A DNA stretch of 64,000 nt from the human T2T-CHM13v2.0 reference genome, Homo sapiens: assembly GCF_009914755.1 (NCBI RefSeq), contig NC_060930.1, one strand, 5' to 3'. How positions within the stretch are numbered: the first letter of the stretch is position 1; each line of letters opens with the position of its first letter. Below, piece by piece: positions 13,179 through 26,443 of the stretch. The position numbers and the translations under genes were made by a program. The notes under the pieces were generated by a model. That model ran no database searches. It saw nothing but the letters and a program-made list of their open reading frames with translations, and was not told where the DNA came from.

Positions 13179-14719
13179 AATGTATGTCTTATTTAATATA
13201 AATGATAAACAATGCTCATTCCTTGTTTAAATTTATTACCTGTGAATTACCTTTTTGTGTGTCTGGCTCATTTCCTTTGGAAAAGTTAGTGGTTTTCTTA
13301 TTAATTTCTCTAAATTAGTTTTATATTAAGGTTATCAACCCTTTGTGAAGTTCACTGCAAATAAACAACTCGTGTTCTTGTGGAATTATCTCTGATTTTA
13401 GTTATCTTGTTGTTTGTGTACCAGCCAGACCATTTGATTTGCTGAATGAAGAGTCACAAGCTGTTTTTCTTACAGTTGAGGTTGAAAAGATATGTAAATA
13501 TAAAAATAGTGACTTCTTACTTTGGGATAGGCAGATTCTATGATCTAAGTCCAGTGATCTCTCTTTAGTGATCTGAAAGCCAGTGAGGGAGGATATTGCT
13601 TGTTTTTATCTCAAAAGCTTATTTCCTGGGTCAAAAGAACAATGTAATAGTTGGTTTTTACATGTTGGTGGGTAGGTTTCTGCAAGTTGGTGAGCAACCT
13701 AAAGAGAGGTGTGTAAGCTCTGGGAAGGCCAGAGCCCTCTCCCATTTATTTATGTGTTCCCAGAGCTGGGCGCGTAGCGCATCTTAGGCACTCAAGGATG
13801 AATGAATTAATGAGTTAACAAATGTAATACTGCCTTTGGAATAATGAAGAAAGGCATCTGGGAGAAATGAGAATTTGCAAAGAAGAAAAAGGGACTGAAG
13901 AGACAGGCAGAAAGGTGACGAAAAGAATCTTGACAATTTTGCCTAAAGCCAATTCTTCTCTCAAGTTTTAACAAGATTTTCTTTCACTGCCCAAATTCCT
14001 AGGGCTCTATTTCTAATATTTTTGTTTTGTGCAAATAGTTTCCACTTGGGAGAGGGGTGAAATACACTTGAATAACAATGAAGAGACTTTAATAGAAGAT
14101 AGTTTGGCTCAGGCTTTACTCTGTAGTTTATTTACTATCCCATGGGATTGTCCTTATAAATTATTCCATATCTCTCCTCTGTCCTTTTTATAATGTAACT
14201 TTTGTCAAAAATACACCGTTTTATAAACTTCACAGATTTCCATCTCCATCAATTTATTTTTATAAAGCCATGGCTTATGCACAGATTATACCAACAGCTA
14301 CAGGACGGGCATCTGCAGTCAAGCATGCAGAAAAGGCAGTGCCCAGTGTTGTAGAAATAATCTTTGACTGGGGATCACTGGACTTGGTACCTAGGAAAAA
14401 AATGAACCATAGCCCTGAGAATCCAACAGTTCAGAATGCTTCGTGGAAAGAGGACTTCTCCTTTATCTTGGAAAGACACCCTGTGAGGATTGATGGTGGT
14501 GGAAGTGGCAGCTTCCCATCTTCCACAGTTCCATTCACGCACCTTCTGGAAGAGAGAATTGGAATCCCTGGGCATCATAAAGTGAGAGGACTTTTGGATT
14601 GAGGCTGAGCAGTCTGAAGGAAATTGTCTTCAAAGGACTAGCGGGTGAGAGGAGAAACCTACTATGGCCTAATACCTGATGTTCAGGAGAGACAGAAAGT
14701 GAGTGGTATGAGCGCATCA

Positions 14720-14955
14720 CAGCTGACATTCATTGGCTGTTTACTGTGTTAGACAGTTTTCTGAGTGCTTTGAATGCATTGTAAATTTAACACCCTAACA
14801 ATCCTATTACATAGGTAATGTTATCCCTACTTTACACATAAGAAAACTGAGGCACACAGAGCTTAAGCGGCTTGTTTAGGATTACATAGGTGTAAATGGC
14901 ATATTATGGATTCAAACACCATCTGACTCTGGAACTTGCTTTTAAACCACTATGC
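14720..14955 (-). mobile_element. Near full-length MIR
   Basis: aagaaaactgaggcacacagagcttaag…ggattcaaac…ctgactctgga…ttttaaaccactatgc is the reverse complement of MIR. Confidence 0.85.
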
Positions 14956-15459
14956 AAGATTGCTCTGAGCCATCCACGGTAATCTTAGGGAGAACATTAA
15001 TAACTCCATTGTGTATGGGATGATAACTCCATTATTTTACTTTAATTTTAAAAGGGATGTGTAATTCCAAATGTCTGGAGGGCTTGGGACCCACCAGAGA
15101 GTATATAACTGGGTTGCACATAGACTGACTTATTTATTTTTGAGTATGAATTAACTGGGGCCCTAGACCATTCTATGAGCTCTCTCCCAGTTCTAAAATG
15201 TAATCATGTGAACCAAACACAGAGGCATTTAATTGTTTATTATTCAGTCTTTAATGTGGTATGAGCTCAGAGCAGATTTTATTATATAATTTCTGTTGTC
15301 TTATTAGGTGACTCTTTCATTTCAACTGTGAAAAAGCAGCTTAAGGGGAAACCTCAGAGTCCCTGGAAGACAGTAAATTATAGTAGAATGAGTAATTGAC
15401 TGGGAATCAAGAGTTTAGTTTGGCTTTCCCACAGATGTTAGACCAGGGCTCACATAGCC

Positions 15460-16250
15460 AATGGCCTACTCAATGTATTGTCTTGAAAGCCCTACAGGCA
15501 TCCAAAATTCATAAAGTATAAATGTCCACAATCCAGCCCTTTATGCACTTGACCTTCAATATGCTTCTTTTTCATTAGTCTTTATTCATTTCAAGGCTCC
15601 ACCTGTTACCTAACAAACCATATGCAAAATCTTGTATCTAGTGATATTACCTCCCTATATTTCTTGAATGCGTCATCTCACCTCCACCTCTACTCTAATT
15701 GATCTTGTTCTATGCCTGGATGATGGCAGCAGGCTCTTATTTGGACATCATGACTTCAGGCTAGCCCTCTTCCTATCTGACCTCCACTCCATGTCACTAT
15801 ACCATCTTCCTCCATTTACTGAAGGAAGAGATGTAGCCTGTACACTTTCATGCTGGAAAATATCCAGGAGCTGCCACTGCCAAGTCTAGGCAATTTTTCA
15901 TAACATCTAAAACCTTCAATATTCAGGTCCTTGCAATCTGTCCAGCCACTGTCCACTTTTCATCTTGTGCTCTAAGTGCATTTATTCATATCCATGCTTG
16001 AGCTCGTCTCTCTATTTAGATGTGACCTTTCTTCCCTTCTTCTCCTGTGCTTAATTCTAAATTCTCAAGTGCTGCTTCTTTCTGTTTCTATAGCAGGCTG
16101 CAATCTCTACACTAGACCACATTTTAAAGAAATTGAATTCATTATCTCCCCTTGATTAATGATAAACTTTTCAGGGGCTACTTTTCTTTGCAGCTCTGTT
16201 GCATAACTCGGTGTCTGGGACATGGTCAGCGTTCAAGGAATTGTTGTGAA
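15460..16250 (+). mobile_element. L2 3' region (degraded)
   Basis: Pyrimidine-rich L2-like sequence ending ggtgtctgggacatggtcagcgttcaaggaattgttgtgaa. Confidence 0.55.
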
Positions 16251-16769
16251 CCATGAAACTGAGATCATGATCACAGATGAGTCTCTTTTCCTCTCATGCC
16301 TCAGGATCTCATGTGTAAAATAAAAGTACTGATTGGAATGATCTCTAAGGCCTCATTCAACTTAAACCAAATCAAACCAAACCAAACAAAATGGTACTAG
16401 TATAATGCATTTTCAATTAGTGAAGCATGTTTGGTACTTCTGCTCCATCTTGCTTATAATTTAATTTTTTTTTTACAAATTATATTCTCTAATTCATATA
16501 TGTTCACATTTATTTGGTAAGATGAAACTCCTCCTGATAGTTGGCCTTTGAAATAATTTACAGAAAATCTTCAGATCAAATGATGCTAATGAGGAGGTTA
16601 TAAAGGTTATAAAGATGTTCTTTGAACACACTGGCATAAATGTTGGCATTTAAACTTTTAACCAAACATGGTAAAAAATCATACATTAAAATGCAAAAAT
16701 CCCTATTGAAAAAAGCATTATTAGAAACATACCATACTAAAATGTTTACTATTAATATAATGAGCTCGT

Positions 16770-16985
16770 ATAAGCACTGGATTCAGACTGATTTGATTAA
16801 AATACAGGATCGGCCATTCATCAGCTAGTTGACTTGTGCAAGTTACAAATATAAAGAGATACATTATCCTTATTTTTGAGTTGGGGATAGTAATACCTCC
16901 CTTTCAAAATTATACTAAGCATTAAAGATGACTTCTATAGTGTAACAGCTTAGTCCCTAGTAGCTCTACAACAAGTTGGAAATTA
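16770..16985 (+). mobile_element. MIR (degraded), directly upstream of the G-rich repeat
   Basis: gacttgtgcaagttac…tggggatagtaatacct…gcattaaagatg. Confidence 0.55.
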
Positions 16986-17045
16986 TGCTTGTGATGCTGG
17001 TGGTGATGTGGGTGGTCAAGATGATGCTAGGGATGGTGGTGGTGG

Positions 17046-17490
17046 TGATGATGATGGCAGTGGCAGAGGTAATGGTAGTGGTGATGATGGCGGTGGCAGA
17101 GGTAATGGTAGTGGTGATGATGGCGGTGGCAGAGGTAATGGTAGTGGTGATGATGGCGGTGGCAGAGGTAATGGTAGTGGTGATGATGGCGGTGGCAGAG
17201 GTAATGGTAGTGGTGATGATGGCGGTGGCAGAGGTAATGGTAGTGGTGATGATGGCGGTGGCAGAGGTAATGGTAGTGGTGATGATGGCGGTGGCAGAGG
17301 TAATGGTAGTGGTGATGATGGCGGTGGCAGAGGTAATGGTAGTGGTGATGATGGCGGTGGCAGAGGTAATGGTAGTGGTGATGATGGCGGTGGCAGAGGT
17401 AATGGTAGTGGTGATGATGGCGGTGGCAGAGGTAATGGTAGTGGTGATGATGGCGGTGGCAGAGGTAATGGTAGTGGTGATGATGGTGGT
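17046..17490. repeat. 33-bp minisatellite (VNTR), 13 near-identical copies, within (GGT/GAT)n low-complexity sequence at ~16990-17610
   Basis: Unit ggcagaggtaatggtagtggtgatgatggcggt recurs at 17062, 17095 … 17458 with an exact 33-bp period. Confidence 0.97.
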
Positions 17491-17699
17491 GGTGGAGGCA
17501 ATTGTGGTGGTGGTGATGATGGTGGTGGTGATAATAATGGTGATGATGATAATAATAGTAATGATGATAGTGGATGCTGATGGTGCTTATATGGGTGTTA
17601 GCAGTGGTGGTGATAGCCCTTTCTACCTCTGTGACTTTGCACATGGATTTACCTCTGTTGAGAGAAGGTCCCTCAGTCTAAGCGCTATCACTCCACCCT

Positions 17700-17977
17700 C
17701 CTTCACCTAGCTAAATCTTATTCAGTTTGACATCACTTTCTCAGAGAAACAGGGTCTCATTTCTCAAACTAAATGAATTACCCCTATTTTAATCTCTCTT
17801 GGCAAGCATCATATACTTTTCCTTCGCAGTACTTTTCACAAATGTAAGCAACTTATTATTTACAAAATATCATTGTAAAATCTCTCACAACTTGACTGTG
17901 GTCTAGTGTATCCCCAGCATTTAGTGCTATGCCTGGCATAATTCAGGTCCCTCGATAAATATTTGTCGAATGAGTAA
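17700..17977 (+). mobile_element. L2 3' end
   Basis: tatccccagcatttagtgctatgcctggcata…cgataaatatttgtcgaatgagtaa. Confidence 0.7.
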
Positions 17978-19397
17978 AATTATGACGAAATCATAAGGAC
18001 TAGCCACCTGAAGTCAGGGTGAAAGGATGGTATGTTCTACTTAATTCAAGGAATTGAATCAAGTAACTATTTGGATTACAGTTTAAAGGGCATTCCCAAT
18101 GTGAGAGTTATTTTAAATAACAAATGAACAATTGGTAATGTACATAATTGAAGTCTAAGATGAATCCAATACATGATTGATGGTATATTGTAAGAAAAGG
18201 AAAAAAGAAGAGAAAAAAAAATGTTGGTTGACAAATAAAAACAAGTACTTTAAAAAGAACTTTTCTTGGGGCCCTGTCCTTTTGGCTTACTTCTGTAGGA
18301 AGAAGGGTCTCTAGATAACGGGACTGACTGAGTGACTGTGGGGTGTTGCTGGGCATCAGTGAATCCCTCAATGCTTCATTGTCTTAGGCCACAGTTGCTG
18401 CGCAGGATAAGAAAGGCCCATAAAGATGACATGTTTGCTTGGCGGCTCCCTGTTGGGGTTCCAGTGTATTACCTGGATCTAATTATCTCATCTCCAGCTG
18501 ACAGAGGGGTTTCCATGGAACCTCTCCATCACTGCTGCCTCAGTCCAGCTTCCAGGGGGCTGTCTAATAGCTTGATATATTTTTGGATCCCCTGCTCATT
18601 GGATGAACAAGCTGAAGCAAATCATGTATTGACCTCAAAGCATTTATAAACTGTAGAACATTATATTCTCATCAGAGCCATAGGGGCAGTAAACTATAGT
18701 TTCTCTGCTGTGAAACATGGTTTTGGTTATGCACTGTATTACTGGGGTTGTACCTAAACAATAATACATCATTTGTGGCACATGTCGCCTTCTTTATTGA
18801 AAGGCAAAACAAGGAGTTGAGGACAAAAATCATTACTTCTTCAGCAATTTTTCACAAAATGCTTTTCTTTTGTACTTGACACACAGATGGGACATTGTAC
18901 TGCGAGGGAAATGATGTATGGCAGCGTGACAAATTTCATTTCCTTTCTAAAACCAGAATCAGAAGGATGCACAAATTTGGGAAAGTTGTGTTTCTTTTTG
19001 TAAAAGAAAAAAAAAAAGAACAAAATATGCTTTTTAAAAGCAAAAGAGGGGACTCCAGTGGGGCTCCCTGAGAAAGCATTTGTATGCTTTAATTGACTTG
19101 TCAGGTATTGATCAAAGCGCTTAAGTGAAACTATTGGTAACAATAAGCCGGCTCATGTAAGAGCTTTTGTGTCATCTTGAAGATAGTCATCCATGATTGA
19201 GGCTGGAATTAACAGGATGCAATGCAGCCCTGTAGGACTGGATGGACAAAGGGGCTGACACAGAGTCCTCTCCTGTGGGCCCAGGAAAAGCTGTATGCAC
19301 AAACTTTCCGAGCATCAGAAGAAATCAGGCAGCTGCTCTCAGGTCTTGCCCGTTCCTTCTCTATCTTTCCTAATCTTTGTCCTCCCCATCCTCAATG

Positions 19398-19578
19398 CAG
19401 TTTCTCAAGGCTTATCCAGCCACCACTTGCTTCTAAGTCACCAGGGTACTTCCTAAAAATGTGAGATCTCTAGGTCCACGCAGACTTGGAAACAGACTGA
19501 GTTGGGGCATGAGGATCTGCACTTTTCACATGTTCACGAAGTGATTTTCCTGCACTCCAAAATCTGTGAATCCCTGCC
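19398..19578. mobile_element. MER5-family hAT MITE (degraded)
   Basis: cagtttctcaa…tcaccaggg…aaaaatg…ggatctgcactttt…gtgattttcctgcac…gaatccctg. Confidence 0.55.
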
Positions 19579-19871
19579 CATGTGTCTCATCCCAGACTAC
19601 CCCGAGAATAAATCATGATTAACATCTGCAAAGGGCTGAACATCTTTTTCTGACTTCCTCCCGCTGAGAGTCCTTTTCCCTTAACATTCTACTTGGTGAC
19701 TTTTGAAAAGCACTCACAGCTATTAATATAATAATTTACAGTGTTCCTCTTCCAGATAACATGTTTACATTCCATTAGAGCCTTTTTTTCCCCTTATTTT
19801 CCAAGTCCTGCTGGGCATTTTTTTAAAGAAAATAAATAAAAGGCTCAAATATGTTTAAGAAATAAAGCTTA

Positions 19872-20180
19872 GGCTGGGAGCAGTGGCTCACGCCTGTAAT
19901 CCTGGCACTTTGGGAGGCTGAGGTGGGTGGATTATGAGTTCAGGGGTTCAAGACCAGCGTGGCCAAGACGGTGAAACCCCGTCTCTACTAAAAATACAAA
20001 AATTATCCGGGCATGGTGGTGGGTGCCTGTAATCCCAGCTACTCGGGAGGCTGAGGCAGAGAATTGCTTGAACCCGGGAGGCAGAGGTTGCAGCAAGCCG
20101 AGGTTGCTCCACTGCACTCTAGCCTGTGCAACAGAGCAAGACTCCATCTCAAAAAAAAAAAAAAAAAAAGAAATAAATAA
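19872..20180 (+). mobile_element. AluSg-like
   Basis: Full dimer with ggccaagacggtg and gaggcagagaattgc, poly-A, and a TSD of about aaataaa(g/a)ctta. Confidence 0.95.
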
Positions 20181-20805
20181 AACTTAGTTAAGTTTAGTGA
20201 AATATCTTGAGTACAGAATTTGTCAGAGCCTTTAATATATGTATGTACACTGGGATTTTTCAAATATTATTTAACATATTTGATATGAGACTCCTTTGTC
20301 CTGGAGAATTTCATGAGATTTGTGTTTCAAAGAACAAATATTAAATAATATTGCCTAATTCAGGAGTATTAAAGAGTAAGCAGAAATTCTGGAGGTACTG
20401 TGGCCAGTAGGCTGTGGCAGGGGAGACATCTGCTGCCTTTTATATGTTATCACCTGTGTTCTGTTTGCTATGCTCACAAACAGTTCTACATAGATGCAGG
20501 AAAAATTGTCTGATACTGAGAAATAAAGATTATGTGTTAGATAATTTAATATTTACACCAAAGGGATTCACCCTACTGGAACATATTTTCTAGGCAACGT
20601 TTTATTTTTTAAAAACAATCAAGTAGGCACCATTTGCCTAATTTGATATCTATAATATTTAAGCTTCTATGATTGTCATTTTATTCTTTAAACGTTTCAT
20701 CAGTCACTTGGATTATGAAAAAGTCAACAAACTTTTTAAACACCAATATAAGCACTGCATGACTCCGAGTGTGTTTCTTCACATCTCTGGGATGCTGACT
20801 ATAGT

Positions 20806-21008
20806 TTCAGTAATTCCTAACCATTTTGGGGTCATCGTATAGCTTTTTGAGATTTCTAATGAAAGTGATGGGATTTCTTCTCCCTAAACATCACATATGC
20901 AGATGCGAATTAACTTTTCTCCTGTAGTTTCTAGGGCTACATGAATCATCTGAAGCCTCTTCCGGATGCTATAAGCAGCCATGGATGGGCGGAGAAAAGA
21001 TCCTTGGG
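20806..21008 (-). mobile_element. MER117-like hAT-Charlie fossil
   Basis: cagtaattcctaaccattttggggtcat…tttgagatttctaatgaaag…ctgaagcc…ccatgga resembles MER117 as recalled. Confidence 0.45.
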
Positions 21009-21534
21009 CCAGCGTCTCCCTTAGGGTCCTTCCTGCCATGATATTGTGTGAGTCTACGATCTAGTCTCCTCTCACTTGCCACACTCCATATGCTTTCTAC
21101 TGGGGTATCTTCCTTTTTGTTTCCTTTTTGTAGTTTCTGGGAACCACAGATCTGAATCTATAAAGTTTCAGTCATAATGAGTGGTTACAACTTCAAAGGA
21201 TACTCTTTCAGTCATTTACCTTAGAAAATATAGCGCTGTTTTTCCATTTATACAAAGCTGCTATTTGCCCTTTCTTCTGCATATTTAGTGTGCAAAGTTA
21301 GAGACCGACCACAGAGGTCATAAACAACAAAAATGTTTTGCAACAGTTGGCATAGAGAAATGATTTTTCTGAACTGTTAAAAGTGCATGAAATCAGCTAC
21401 GCATGTTACGAAACGTAAGTCACAGTTCTTTTTGTGATGCAACAAATAAAATGGTGGATATTTCAGCAAAATTACAATGACAAGCAGCTGCAACCACATG
21501 CAATCATCTGTGTCTCAAATGTTCTCCCAACATT

Positions 21535-22970
<1,436 letters not shown>

Positions 22971-25900
22971 CTCCTAACATTTTAATTATGCCACTTATGG
23001 CTATAGGATATATTAGTGATGTTTTTTGCATTTCTTGATTGGAATATGAGGCACAAAGAAAGTTGTATTTTTATGTTTTATCTTTTAATATTATTTTGAA
23101 AGGAAATATATATTTTTCATAAATAAAAACCAAAAATATAGTGGTCCTAATTATCTCCAAAGTGTTTCAGGACAAAAAATGAAGAAACTAAGGAATTAAA
23201 CAACCCGAAAAATGTACCAAAGATAACTTAAGGGCACTATATTTCTTCCCTGACTAAAAATGTGTGTGTGTGTGAACATATTTACACTGTCTATTGGACT
23301 CTTTGAAATACAGTTTTCCTTTATACATCACCGCCAGTCCCTTTTGAAGGAGCTAGAATCTTTGGAGTGTACCCTTAAATGTGAGATTATATTCCCAATT
23401 ATAGCACATATCAGGTTTTATTGCTTTGGGACTAATATTACACGGCATTTCTATTTTTAAATAAAGTAACTGCAGTATCATTGAGGCAAATGAAAGAGAT
23501 TATGCTGGAATTATTTGGATCACAGTTTTTTTTTTTTCCATAATGCACATAGATTACCGATATAAAGGAATTCTTAAACTAACATTAAGATTTGACCTAA
23601 CTGGTCATTGTCGCATTGATTCTGCTTTAACTACTTTGAATAAGGATTTTTTTTCTATCCAACAAATCTCTTGGACCACATGTGGTCCAGTAATGCACAG
23701 AAAGGATGAGAATCACTACTATTAGCACTTACTTACCTTCAGATGGCTGACTCATGGCCGTAGAGAGACCTGGCCAAAGCTTACCTAGAGAAACTAAACC
23801 TGTAGGTACAGCATCTCTATAGCTCAAAATAGCAAGAACAACAGCAACACACAATACTGCATATGTTCCTTTCTGATCTGTGTACCAAAGAACAAAGTGA
23901 AGCCTTTTTTGGCACATGGCTCGGTTTTGGGCAATGCAAGTAAATGATCACACAGGTACTTTGCTATGGATCTTGCAGGGTTTCTCATTCCAATTGTGAA
24001 AAATTTGCCTTCTACATTCATTTATTTTGGGGTCATGGACTGCTGAAGTCAGGTATCTAGTCTTATCTACTCATCAAAGCTTTCAAACTTATATCAGCAC
24101 AAGTAGGGACACACTATTTTCTTGGCTCAGTCATTTGGAAATGCCTCTAGCACCTGAGTGGTCAGCTGTGCCAAATATAGCCTCTATTTAATTCCTGCAT
24201 GATGGTGTCTATAAAGTCATTGGAGCTTTTTTGTTTGTTTGTTTTTGTCTTTCAAGGTTCCAACTCTGCTTTCATCTTTGTCACGTTTATTCCAGATTTA
24301 TTAGTCCCAAAGTTGCTCTTGGTATGTCATCATTGATCAAAATAAAAGAAATACTCGGATTAAGAGTGCATTTAGAGATGATCTTAAAAACATGCATTCA
24401 GGATCATTTTTACCATGTTTAAACCATTTCTATTCATAAAGTAAATACAAATGCTAAGAGGCTTGGCCAGGAAACACATGCTTTTTGCACAAAGTAGAAG
24501 ATGTTTTTTCTTTTTTTAAATATTAAAATGTGAACCTTTCTTGCCTTATTCATGATCCAGCTAGTGAGCTGTGTATGGTTCAGTTAAGACTGAATGTATG
24601 CTTATTGTTTCTTTATATATCAACTAATAAAAAATTAAACCCATTAAGAATATAACATTTAGACAGGAGAGAATGATATTTTTTTAATGTCACACTCAAA
24701 ACCACATTTCTTTTAATCAACATCTGCTCTGTGTTAAGCTGCCTATAAAATCTGGTGCCCTGTTGACAGTGGAAGATGAAAACAAAAAAACAGGAAAACT
24801 ACAAAAGGCATGGTATTAACATCAAAGTAGAATAACCCTGCTCTCTTTCTTTGGCATTTGAAAAACGTCTTTATTTTGACCCTAAACAATTGGATTTTCT
24901 TCCCACCAATCTTGATTTTGGAGCTCTGGATTAAGAAGACTTGCATGTGAACTGAAACATGAGAGTAAAGGGAACCGAAAATGAACAAGGGACTGTTTGA
25001 ACAAATTAAACCATTTGCAATTGTAAAACCTCTTTTATTGTTTGCAACAATCAGAAATCAGCACCACATTTATTTGTAGATTAGACTCATGCTCTTCAGC
25101 CATAATGGCAGATACCCTATAGAAGGCAAACTGATCAGAACTGTCCTTTTATAACCCTGCAAATAACGTAGTGCAAAGGTTTGGGATTATGGAGAATGAA
25201 AGAGAGATCTCTTAGAATTTGTGAATACTGGAATATGAGAGCATCATTCTTTTTTTAAACTGAGACCAGTGATCTAGATTTGTGTTAATGCTTTATGACT
25301 AGCTTTGTGTCTGTACTAAAAACAAAAGTAGCCTGTGGGATGTCTCACTTTAGAACATTCGTGATGATGAAAATCTCCATTCTGCAAGGGCTGTGTCTAT
25401 CACAAAAATGTATGTACTAATTTGTTACATGGAGAAACTTGCTATATATTTGTTTATTAAAATCATAGCCTTTACTATGAGCCAGGTAGTATGATATGTG
25501 TTGAGTACAGAGATAAAACAATCAGTCTCTGACCTCCTGAACCTAGTGGGAGAAAACAAGCTAACTCCTCACTAGCAATAACAACCACAAAATTCCTGCC
25601 ATACGGGTTAAGAGGAGATACAGAGAAAATCCTTCCTTCCATGCATGATGTTTCTCAGAAGGTGATACATTCTTCTCTTACCATATGATTGAGGGATTGA
25701 AATACTATGCAAGACAAAATAAACTTGTCCCTATGGAGTATAAAGTGTAGGGAGCATTTTCAAATTTTATTTATTGACAACTTTGCATTTTATTCTCCCC
25801 TTGGAAAACCTTATCCAACTGTAAATATTTGTGGAGCACTCACGCTAAGTCCCAGGGGGAACACCTTTACAGGGTTATTCCAAATCTGATTTTCTCAGGA

Positions 25901-26027
25901 TCACTAAATATTAAGACAATTCTTTCTCTCTCTTTTCTAGCGTCTTCAAAGTGTCTTCTGTAAAGACTTCTTCAGACTGTCAATAGGAAGACTGATAAAC
26001 TCAGGTATTTGTACTTTTTTTTGTTCA

Positions 26028-26443
<416 letters not shown>

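Noticed and set aside
14270-14602. 110-aa ORF with strong Kozak context (gccATGg)
   Set aside because: No recognisable domain, part of it looks like a MIR 5' fragment, and the length is within chance expectation. Ribo-seq or PhyloCSF support would be needed.
17046-17490. CRISPR-like array
   Set aside because: Units are contiguous with no unique spacers, in a eukaryotic context.
16976-17710. Long ORFs (244, 190, 161, 205 aa) resembling Gly-, His- or Pro-rich proteins
   Set aside because: They are by-products of a 33-bp repeat lacking stops in several frames, with no promoter or exon context.
25058-25075. tcagcacc as a REST/RE1 site
   Set aside because: Only the left half-site is present and no ggacag half follows.
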